Shown: one piece after another, positions 32,562-40,461 of the stretch
Numbering within the stretch: the stretch's first letter is position 1
Layout of the letters: every line of letters begins with the position of its first letter
NCBI GenBank assembly: GCA_021372715.1
Contig: JAJFTX010000045.1
Span: 1-59,784 of the forward strand
Source of the DNA: Methanobacterium sp.
GTDB lineage: Archaea; Methanobacteriota; Methanobacteria; Methanobacteriales; Methanobacteriaceae
DNA: 59,784 nucleotides
Reading direction: 5' to 3'
The notes under the pieces: generated by a model
Databases searched by the model: none
Seen by the model: the letters and a program-made list of their open reading frames with translations, nothing else
Told to the model about the DNA's origin: nothing
Program-made: the position numbers and the translations under genes

Positions 32562-33533
32562 TTAATTTGGTGGTTTATTATTTTCCTGTTCTTCTTCCAG
32601 TATGTGCAACATTTTATGATAGTTTTCCTCACCTAATTCGTGCAAAAGCCGGTGATGGAGTTGATTTTTAATCAGATGTAAAAGATTATGAAAAGATTTT
32701 TCTCCAATAGCATGTAATATCTCATGAAAGGCATCTTCAACGGTTAATTTAACTTTACATTGCACTCCATTCTTTTTAAGTAGATATAAAAGTTCTGCTG
32801 ATTTCGGTGACTTTAGATGGGCTTTTTTAAGTGTTTCGTAATCATTGAATATTTCCTCAGGAGTTCCCTGGCCAATGATCTCACCATCATGTAGAACGAA
32901 GATCTTATCAGCAAACTGGGTGACCATCTCCACATCGTGGGAGGCGATGATGATGCTCATATCCTCCCGATTTAGCATGTATAGTATTTCCATGACTTGT
33001 TCAACACCCTTGGGATCCAGGCCGGTGGTAGGCTCATCTAAAACCATGATCTCCGGACGCATGGCCAGAATACCTGCAATGGCAACTCTTTTTCTCTGCC
33101 CACCGCTGAGGTGATGTGGGGCTTTTTTTTCAAGTCCACTCATCCCCACCATTTTTAGGGCTTCCTCCACCCTTTCATCAACTTCATCATCAGAGAGGCC
33201 TAAATTCATAGGCCCGAATGCTACATCTTCAATCACGGTAGGTGCAAATAACTGATCATCCGGGTTTTGAAAAACAATACCTACTTTTTGTCTGATTTGG
33301 AGTAGTTCCTTTTTTTTATAAACTGCTGCTTCACCATCAATTTTTATCAGGCCGGAAGTGGGCTGGTTTATACCATTGAAATGTGCAAAAAGGGTTGATT
33401 TACCTGCACCATTGGATCCGATAATGGCTACTCTTTCACCTTCTTTTATTTCAATATTGATATCGCGAAGGGCTGAGGTGCCGTCTGGATAGGTGAAGCT
33501 CATATTTTCGGTTTTAATAATTGTTCTTACCAT
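32562..33533 (-). CDS. cbiO: ECF transporter ATPase component CbiO/NikO with an unusual histidine-repeat C-terminal tail
   Basis: Walker [22 protein letters not shown] signature, Walker B MVLDEPT. Extra ~55-aa tail with four HxxLH-type repeats. Confidence 0.9.
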   Translation of the reverse strand: MVRTIIKTENMSFTYPDGTSALRDINIEIKEGERVAIIGSNGAGKSTLFAHFNGINQPTSGLIKIDGEAAVYKKKELLQIRQKVGIVFQNPDDQLFAPTVIEDVAFGPMNLGLSDDEVDERVEEALKMVGMSGLEKKAPHHLSGGQRKRVAIAGILAMRPEIMVLDEPTTGLDPKGVEQVMEILYMLNREDMSIIIASHDVEMVTQFADKIFVLHDGEIIGQGTPEEIFNDYETLKKAHLKSPKSAELLYLLKKNGVQCKVKLTVEDAFHEILHAIGEKSFHNLLHLIKNQLHHRLLHELGEENYHKMLHILEEEQENNKPPN

Positions 33534-33592
33534 AAATTTTCCTCATAGGTTTCTTTTATGCACATTTTCATCCCGCATTAAAAACTATTTTT

Positions 33593-34423
33593 TTATCCGA
33601 TGCGAATTCCCAAAAATCCATAATGTTCAAACAATAACATAGCTCCAATCTGCAGGCATGCTACCAAAGCTATAGTTACTATAATAAAAGTATACTCTCT
33701 AGACCCGATTTTCCTTTTTTTATCATGATAAAGATTTGATTCATCAGAAAATCCCCGGCTGGCCATACTCAGGTAAATAGTTTCTCCATGTTCATAGGCC
33801 CGCAGAAACATCATGCCCACAGTGTATCCTAACTGTCTCATCCGCCATTTATATGGAAGTTCTTTATTAAAGGCATCAAAACATCTTGCTTTCTGAGCTT
33901 GGGATATGCGGTGCAGTTCATCATAGAACATAAATAGGAACCTGATCATGAGACTAAAAATCATAGCAATCTCACGAGGCATACCCAACTTCCGGAATGA
34001 CTGCACAACTTCTTGCATGGGACTTATTGAAGATAAAAGCACGATAGAAGTAAGGGACACTATTAGACGGGACACTAAAAGCGCAGCCCACATTAATCCC
34101 TCGTAGGTGATCTGCAAACCGAAAGCACCGGACCAGATTACAGTACCGGGATGTATGAAAGGCTGAAATAATATTATTAAACCACCAAAGGGTAGAAGTA
34201 AAAGAACTCTGGTTACAGTGGTTTTAAAAGATACATTGGATATCCAAATAAGCATTAAAAGGTAGATCTCCAGGAAAATCATTACCATTATCTGAGTTGA
34301 AAAAACAGCATACACAATGATGAATATCAATATAATTAGCTTTATTCTCCCATCCATAGAATGAAGCGAACTTTCCTTACTGGTCTCTCTTTCAAGATCT
34401 ATTACTGAGCCTGTTCTATTCAT
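33593..34423 (-). CDS. cbiQ: ECF transporter transmembrane (T) component CbiQ
   Basis: Polytopic protein with the conserved ARxxR-type coupling helices (AQKARCFD, ASRGF). Positioned between the cbiN-like gene and cbiO. Confidence 0.85.
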   Translation of the reverse strand: MNRTGSVIDLERETSKESSLHSMDGRIKLIILIFIIVYAVFSTQIMVMIFLEIYLLMLIWISNVSFKTTVTRVLLLLPFGGLIILFQPFIHPGTVIWSGAFGLQITYEGLMWAALLVSRLIVSLTSIVLLSSISPMQEVVQSFRKLGMPREIAMIFSLMIRFLFMFYDELHRISQAQKARCFDAFNKELPYKWRMRQLGYTVGMMFLRAYEHGETIYLSMASRGFSDESNLYHDKKRKIGSREYTFIIVTIALVACLQIGAMLLFEHYGFLGIRIG

Positions 34424-34505
34424 ATATTTCACAATGATTTTAATGATTCAAATTTACTTTAAAAATATTCAAGTGTAATAAAACAAATAAAAAAAAATAA
34501 AGAAG

Positions 34506-34805
34506 TTATTTAGAGGCTTCTGGTGGGCGTCTTCTTTTAAATAACTCAGCAACTCCATAGGCTATTAACAAAGTTATGATTATGCCCAGAGCAAGCGCTG
34601 CTATTTGTCCAATTGCTTCCAAACCTTCAATAGAGTAGTCAGGGAAGGGTGATTGGAGAACAGGTTCTGTTTCGGCTACGTTTAGGTTTTCAGCTGATTT
34701 TTCCAAACCATCCGGGTCTGGGGATGCTAAAAATGGAGACATCACAGCTATCACCAGGCAGATGATCACCCCTCCAATAACAAAGTATTTATCCTTGGTG
34801 CTCAT
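34506..34805 (-). CDS. PDGLE-domain small membrane protein (CbiN/NikN-like ECF accessory component)
   Basis: 99 aa, two transmembrane helices, [10 protein letters not shown] motif. The start overlaps the cbiM stop. Confidence 0.8.
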   Translation of the reverse strand: MSTKDKYFVIGGVIICLVIAVMSPFLASPDPDGLEKSAENLNVAETEPVLQSPFPDYSIEGLEAIGQIAALALGIIITLLIAYGVAELFKRRRPPEASK

Positions 34806-35476
34806 TTGGCTGTCACCTCACTTTGTTCGGGTTTTATTTCCTCTAAATTTTTATTCCGGTTCCAGGCAAGCAGATCGGGTCTAATTTTCTCCAACACATA
34901 TATTACGACTACTGTTAACACGGCTTCTATGATACCAATGAATGCGTGGTATATTCCCATCATTGCCAGTCCTTCAACTAGTGGGAAAGTACCGGCAAAA
35001 GCCATTTCTAAAGCAGTTGCTAAAGCTGCCAGGAAGATAGATAACCATGCGGCAACGCCTATCGCAGGATATTTCCCAATGGATTTTCTCAGGCCTTTGA
35101 ATGTGTAAAGCCCTACAACACCAGCTATAATACCCATATTAAGTACGTTAGCACCCAATGCTGTGATTCCTCCATCTCCGAAGAATAACCCTTGTACCAA
35201 AAGTACAATGGTAAATACTATAATCGCTGCTTCCGGGGCGCAGAATACAATGGCTACTAAAGCTCCACCTACCATGTGCCCACTGGTACCGAATGGAATA
35301 GGCATGTTCATGGACATTATGGCAAATATACCTGCGGCTAAAACTGCCATCAAAGGAACCATTTTTTCATCAAGATTCTTCCTTGCCCAATTTAGGGAGA
35401 AGTACAATGCAACTATTAAAATAACATAGTATATAGCGCACTGCCACAATGGAATAAAACCATCTGGTATATGCAT
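34802..35476 (-). CDS. cbiM: ECF transporter substrate-capture component CbiM/NikM (Ni2+/Co2+)
   Basis: Begins with MHIPDGF, the metal-coordinating N-terminus of CbiM/NikM. Seven-TM-type hydrophobicity. Strong AAAGGAGG ribosome-binding site. Confidence 0.92.
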   Translation of the reverse strand: MHIPDGFIPLWQCAIYYVILIVALYFSLNWARKNLDEKMVPLMAVLAAGIFAIMSMNMPIPFGTSGHMVGGALVAIVFCAPEAAIIVFTIVLLVQGLFFGDGGITALGANVLNMGIIAGVVGLYTFKGLRKSIGKYPAIGVAAWLSIFLAALATALEMAFAGTFPLVEGLAMMGIYHAFIGIIEAVLTVVVIYVLEKIRPDLLAWNRNKNLEEIKPEQSEVTAK

Positions 35477-35522
35477 TTTTTTTCCTCCTTTGTTTTTTTT
35501 ATGAGGGTGAATATCTTATTTA

Positions 35523-35531
35523 AGTATTACT
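35523..35531. promoter_or_regulatory. AGTAWTACT palindrome copy 2 (cbiM promoter, between TATA box and probable transcription start)
   Basis: On the minus strand reads TTTATAAGTTAGTAATACTTAAAT, about 45-55 nt upstream of the cbiM ATG. Confidence 0.4.
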
Positions 35532-35633
35532 AACTTATAAATCATTTATATAATATGTAATAACTCTAAATTACTTAAATACCCTCAAATCCTCAATAAA
35601 ATTCTGAATTATTATAATATAAAGTTTACTAGC

Positions 35634-35642
35634 AGTATTACT
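35634..35642. promoter_or_regulatory. AGTAWTACT palindrome copy 3 (distal cbiM upstream region)
   Basis: Exact AGTATTACT, 10 nt from a CTTTATATTA TATA-like box on the minus strand. Confidence 0.35.
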
Positions 35643-35814
35643 TAACATCCAAAAAACTATTTAATAGTATTAAAAAATTATTACTTAAATACCATTTAAC
35701 TGAATTTTTGTAATAATTTCAAAATTTTTCATGATTCAATGCTAATATTTGAAAAAAAAATTTAAATATTTTCTATCCTTTTTAGAATAAATTATAGTTT
35801 TGAATTTTTGGTGA

Positions 35815-36204
35815 TTAAACAGTTCTACCTAGTTGCACCACCTCAAATTCATCCATATCCACACTGCCTATAGTACGTAGACATTCATCACTGGGTAAAC
35901 TCTCCAATTCGTTAATATTCATGTCTTTTTCTTTTTTTAGACCTCTCATAAAATATTTAAAATCTGGTCCTAATTCATCCTTTATCCAATAACCCCTGCC
36001 AAGGTGTTTAAGTTCATCTTGGTTGAATTCTATAGTTAATTCTTTTATTTTGCCTAACAACTTAGCTGATGGTTGTTTATAGGTTCCCATCTCCAGTGCA
36101 GTATATATGTAGAAAGGAATTTCCAGTTTTCTGGCTAATTCTCTTTGTGTGGTGTGTGTATGTTTTCGGTATCCTAAAATCAGATATTTTAAATCATCTT
36201 CCAT
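35815..36204 (-). CDS. XRE-family helix-turn-helix transcriptional regulator
   Basis: 129 aa. N-terminal HTH (TQRELARKLEIPFYIYTALEMG). GGAGG ribosome-binding site. Surrounded by AGTAWTACT palindromes. Confidence 0.7.
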   Translation of the reverse strand: MEDDLKYLILGYRKHTHTTQRELARKLEIPFYIYTALEMGTYKQPSAKLLGKIKELTIEFNQDELKHLGRGYWIKDELGPDFKYFMRGLKKEKDMNINELESLPSDECLRTIGSVDMDEFEVVQLGRTV

Positions 36205-36273
36205 TTTTTTGACCTCCGAATTTTCGCTGATTAATAGTATAATTAGCTTCTTATAAATACTTTTCTTAAAAAA

Positions 36274-36282
36274 AGTATTACT
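36274..36282. promoter_or_regulatory. AGTAWTACT palindrome copy 4 (upstream of the XRE regulator gene)
   Basis: Exact AGTATTACT, 70 nt upstream of the XRE regulator ATG and next to TATA-like sequences. Confidence 0.4.
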
Positions 36283-36454
36283 TATAATAATTTCACCTTT
36301 AAATGTTTCATACTTTTAGAATTAAGGTATATGTGGTTTTATTTTAGTTATTACTTTTAAAAAGCTTTTAATTAGATAATAATAAATTTTTACTTGCTAT
36401 TTTTTTAATTAATTAAAAAATTAATAATAATTTCTTTATGTAAAACCATTAATT

Positions 36455-36463
36455 AGTAATACT
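36455..36463. promoter_or_regulatory. AGTAWTACT palindrome copy 5 (MFS transporter promoter, directly upstream of TTTTTATAG)
   Basis: AATTAGTAATACTTTTTTATAG. 17 of 18 nt match copy 6 at 50815-50832 (the two differ only at the central W). Confidence 0.4.
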
Positions 36464-36523
36464 TTTTTATAGATAATTATTTATATTTTTACTAATATCA
36501 TATTAAATAGGAGGTTTGGAGAA

Positions 36524-37876
36524 ATGTTTAACAATTTAAGGACCAGAATTTTAGCAGTTATTTTTGCCGGGGCTATATTAATAGCTATAGATGGTTCTAC
36601 CATCAGTCCAATATTGGAATCGATACAAAAATCATTCGGAGTGAATGAAAGTGTCATAACTTGGATATTTAACATGGAAATCCTTTTCTTGTTATTGGCT
36701 ACACCTATAATGGCTAAACTATCTGATAAATATGGCCGAAAAAATATTTATATCTTAAACGCTGCTTTATTCTTACTGGGAACATTGATTGTTGCATTTT
36801 CCCCTTCTTTTGAAATATTACTTATAGGAAGAGCATTACAAGGTGTCGGTGCTGTTTTATCAGTATTAGCCATCACTATCATCGGAGATTACTTCGATGA
36901 AACCCGTGGTACTATATTAGGAGCTTTTGGAGTTATAATCGCCCTGGTTTATGCCTTAGGTCCAGCTATATCTGGTTTCCTGGTAGGTTTCGGTTGGCAC
37001 TGGGTTTTCATAATTAACATTCCGGTGGCTGCTATAGTGGTTCTTCTGGGATATTCCCTTCTACCTGAAAGCAAAACCAGTGAAAAATACGCCAGTTTTG
37101 ACTGGAAAGGGATGACCTTCCTGGCAATAGCCATAGCATCCATTGCCTATTTCATATTCAACCTCTCAGGAGAAGTAGCAGCAACCACCCAATACGTTGT
37201 GCTTGGAATTTTCATCCTGGCATTAATTGCATTCTGGTGGATTGAAAGAAAAGCCATAGAACCCATTTTACCCATCGGGCTTTTAAAAGGAAGAGATACT
37301 CTTATAGCCAGCGTGGTGACTCTGGTGGGTTATCTAGCCATGGCTGGAACCTATTACTTTTCTACATACGCTTCCATGGCTTTCAGTCTCAGTTACTCCA
37401 CAGCAGCCTACATGATACTGCCTATGACCATTGCCTCCCTTATAACCACTCCGGTTGTGGGTAAGCTACTGGATAAATTGGGAGCCAAACCAATAATGGT
37501 TTTTGGTGGGGCTCTAACGGCTGTAGGAATGCTAATTTTGAGTTATACCTCAAACATATACTTATTCGCATTTTCTTTAGTGCTCATCGGTATTGGTAAC
37601 GCATCCATTGTGGGTAACGCTCTTTACTATATCTTCCTGGATGAAACTGGTAAATCTGAAAGAGCATCTGGCCAGGCCCTCCTGAACATTCTCCTGAACA
37701 CTGGTTCACTTTTAGGAGGGGCAATTTTAGCCTCAGCCCTGGACTTCACCGCTTCTGGTGCTGCTTCTTTCCGCAATGTTTATCTTTATCTGGCTGTGAC
37801 TTACGTTATCCTGACCATTCTATCTCTGGGACTTAAAGGTAGAATTCTGGGAAGTAAAAGGCCAGTTGAAGGATAA
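36524..37876 (+). CDS. MFS transporter (drug:H+ antiporter-like, probably 12-14 TM)
   Basis: Motif A-like LSDKYGRKNIY, with repeated transmembrane helices throughout. Confidence 0.85.
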   Translation: MFNNLRTRILAVIFAGAILIAIDGSTISPILESIQKSFGVNESVITWIFNMEILFLLLATPIMAKLSDKYGRKNIYILNAALFLLGTLIVAFSPSFEILLIGRALQGVGAVLSVLAITIIGDYFDETRGTILGAFGVIIALVYALGPAISGFLVGFGWHWVFIINIPVAAIVVLLGYSLLPESKTSEKYASFDWKGMTFLAIAIASIAYFIFNLSGEVAATTQYVVLGIFILALIAFWWIERKAIEPILPIGLLKGRDTLIASVVTLVGYLAMAGTYYFSTYASMAFSLSYSTAAYMILPMTIASLITTPVVGKLLDKLGAKPIMVFGGALTAVGMLILSYTSNIYLFAFSLVLIGIGNASIVGNALYYIFLDETGKSERASGQALLNILLNTGSLLGGAILASALDFTASGAASFRNVYLYLAVTYVILTILSLGLKGRILGSKRPVEG

Positions 37877-37962
37877 ATAATATCCTTTTACTTTTTTTCA
37901 ATATTCGATTCATATGAAAGATAAAAAAAAGATCTGAGAATTAAAAAAATGGAAGAAATAAT

Positions 37963-38481
37963 ATGAATAAAGTAATAATAACCGTTTTAATCATAATTTT
38001 AGCGATAGTGGGAATTTCAGGCTGCACAGAACAAACACCTGAAAATAAAACCTATTCTGCAGATGGAATTACTTTTCAGTACCCTGGAAACTGGACAGAA
38101 CTTAATAAAACTAAATATAATTCTATAGATTTGGGAAATAAAAGTGAAGCAATATTTGTTTTAGGTGATGATCAAAATCAGTCTCGTCTGACATTTGGAA
38201 AAATTACCCCTGGCCAAGGTGAATTTTTAAATTCTTTAGCAGTCTGGGCCGAACAAACCAAGTCAAAATCATCTTCCAATGATTTAAAATTTTTATCTGA
38301 AAAAAATTTAACCATAGCTGGAGTTGATGCTTATCAACTAAGATTCATAAATACAGATGGCGACTATATCACATCCATTGCATTAATAAAGAATAACACA
38401 GGCTATGTAATGGTTTATAGGAGCATTTTCAAGGAAACAGAAACACTTGAAAGTATATTAAAAAGTTTCCAAATGCCATAA
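37963..38481 (+). CDS. Putative secreted lipoprotein of unknown function
   Basis: Signal sequence ending in the lipobox-like ISGC. No further recognisable motif. Confidence 0.5.
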   Translation: MNKVIITVLIIILAIVGISGCTEQTPENKTYSADGITFQYPGNWTELNKTKYNSIDLGNKSEAIFVLGDDQNQSRLTFGKITPGQGEFLNSLAVWAEQTKSKSSSNDLKFLSEKNLTIAGVDAYQLRFINTDGDYITSIALIKNNTGYVMVYRSIFKETETLESILKSFQMP

Positions 38482-38589
38482 AATAGAAGTAAAGCTAAAA
38501 TGGGTTTAGATGGGAATTAAAGCGTCGTAAACTTTCAAAAAGAAAATATTATCAATTAATAGAAAGAATAAAGTTATAGAAATGATGAC

Positions 38590-39303
38590 TTAAGCCACAG
38601 TCACCTTCTGATACTGGGGGTTTTCACTGATCATTTTAAGATAATCATCAAAAGAAGAAAACCAGGATACCTGAACTTCATATAAGTAATCCTCCGCAAT
38701 TTTTTTGGCCTTCAACATCTCCTCCCTGGTTGGTGACCTCCATGATGTACCGGGCACTGGGATATAACCAGTAATATGATAATGAATATTAGGATCAATA
38801 TCTGCAATGAATCTGGCAATCTCTTCAATTTCATCATAATCCACCTGCCCAGGAATGTAAACACTACTAGCATCAACCATGATTCCCATTTGGTGGGCTT
38901 TTTGGAAGTTTTGAAGCACTGGTTTATTGGACATTCCAGTGTATTTGATATAAAAATCTTCAGATAAACTCTTAATACTCACCGAAATAGCATCAATATT
39001 TTTAGGTGGGAGGTTATAACCATTTGAATGCCCTATCTTGGTATAGATGCCTAAATTGTTTTTTGCAAAATCAGCCACTTCATATAATAGAGGATAAGTG
39101 GATGACTCTCCCCCTACAAAATGAACCCTTTCTATATCCAGTTCACTTAGAACCTCTTTGATCTTTTTAAGATCCAAGAATTTATTCGGTACTGTTTGGT
39201 TCCCAAGTTTGTAAGAACACCAGGTGCAATTAAAATTACAGCCATAGTTGTGGAGGTTAGCCCGTTTAAATTCTTCACAATAAGTTATTTTGTATATTGC
39301 CAT
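38590..39303 (-). CDS. Radical SAM protein (small, activase-like), divergent from nikR
   Basis: CNFNCTWC = Cx3Cx2C near the N-terminus, GGE motif (VGGESS). 237 aa. Confidence 0.8.
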   Translation of the reverse strand: MAIYKITYCEEFKRANLHNYGCNFNCTWCSYKLGNQTVPNKFLDLKKIKEVLSELDIERVHFVGGESSTYPLLYEVADFAKNNLGIYTKIGHSNGYNLPPKNIDAISVSIKSLSEDFYIKYTGMSNKPVLQNFQKAHQMGIMVDASSVYIPGQVDYDEIEEIARFIADIDPNIHYHITGYIPVPGTSWRSPTREEMLKAKKIAEDYLYEVQVSWFSSFDDYLKMISENPQYQKVTVA

Positions 39304-39331
39304 TAAAACACCACATTAAAATTTAAATAGT

Positions 39332-39386
39332 GATCCTGGAAATAATTAAATAATAGTAGGTAGCACCTTTTCCAGGATCGTGCTAC
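39332..39386. promoter_or_regulatory. Interleaved inverted repeats in the radical SAM / nikR divergent promoter (candidate NikR operator)
   Basis: GATCCTGGAAA (39332-39342) pairs with TTTCCAGGATC (39369-39379). GTAGCAC (39360-39366) pairs with GTGCTAC (39380-39386) across a 13-bp spacer. A third GGTAGCAC copy lies at 39437-39444. Confidence 0.4.
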
Positions 39387-39486
39387 TTATATTGGTTGTG
39401 GTATAAATGTTTTACGATAGCAAACTTTTTAATGATGGTAGCACTATGAAAATATAAATATCAAAGTTAAACATCTGAGGTTAAAT

Positions 39487-39894
39487 ATGACGGTGGAAAG
39501 AGTAGGAGTATCCTTTGAACCAGAACTACTAGAAAAATTCGATGATCTACTTAAAAAAAAAGGCTATACCAACCGATCAGAGGCTATCCGGGATCTGGTT
39601 CGAAAATCAATCATTGAAGCACACATTGAAAGTGAAGATGAAGATGTCATCGGAACGTTGACCATAATCTACGATCATGATGTGGGAGATGTTACCAACG
39701 AACTTCAGCACTATCAACACTTCCATCTAAGCGAGATAATTTCCACCACCCATGTTCACATTGCAAAATACAACTGCCTAGAGGTTTTAGTGTTAAGGGG
39801 TAAAGCAAAAAGCGTCAGAAAACTAGCAGACCATATCCGAGCCATAAAAGGCGTGAAACATGGAGAACTAGTAACCACCAAATCAACAATTTAA
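39487..39894 (+). CDS. nikR: Nickel-responsive transcriptional regulator NikR
   Basis: N-terminal ribbon-helix-helix (RVGVSFEPELLEKFD...GYTNRSEAIRDLVR) and a C-terminal ACT-like domain with the HxHx5C nickel site (THVHIAKYNC). Confidence 0.92.
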   Translation: MTVERVGVSFEPELLEKFDDLLKKKGYTNRSEAIRDLVRKSIIEAHIESEDEDVIGTLTIIYDHDVGDVTNELQHYQHFHLSEIISTTHVHIAKYNCLEVLVLRGKAKSVRKLADHIRAIKGVKHGELVTTKSTI

Positions 39895-39921
39895 AAAATT
39901 CATCCCGGAATTAATAGGAAT

Positions 39922-40230
39922 TTGGATATTTTTGATGAAATTGATTTTTTAGAAAATCAATTCAAGGATATGGAATTTCAAGATCTTATGGATGACCCAG
40001 TATTGCAGAGAGCTTGTCTAAAAAGCCTAGAAATTATTGGTGAAGCCGTTAAAAATATTTCTGATAACTTTAAAAGTGAAACCCCCGAAATTGAATGGAG
40101 AAAAATAGCAGGATTAAGAGATAAATTAATCCATCACTATTTTGGCGTAGATTGGGAAATAGTTTGGAATGTAATTAACAATAAGATTCCGGGAATTAAA
40201 GAGCATCTAAACACCATAAAACATATTTAA
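39922..40230 (+). CDS. HepT-like (DUF86) ribonuclease toxin domain protein, with no MNT partner nearby
   Basis: Rx4HxY active-site motif RDKLIHHY and LEIIGEA motif. Only a TTG start is available. Reading frame is continuous with nikR apart from the nikR TAA stop. Confidence 0.7.
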   Translation: MDIFDEIDFLENQFKDMEFQDLMDDPVLQRACLKSLEIIGEAVKNISDNFKSETPEIEWRKIAGLRDKLIHHYFGVDWEIVWNVINNKIPGIKEHLNTIKHI

Positions 40231-40461
40231 TACAAATAATAAACCCAAATTCAAAAATCAATCCCTTTTTAAGTCCTAGAGATGATGATTCTTTAAAGGA
40301 AAACAGGGCATTTGCTGATTAGAACATGGATAATAAGCTTCTATTTATAAAGCTGTTAAACAGTTTATTTTCAAAATAGTATGCTTGCATAGGGGATAAT
40401 TCTTTTTGTAGTGTAAATTTAACTTTTTTAAAAAAAATAAGAAAAAAAAGAGGGTTTTTTT

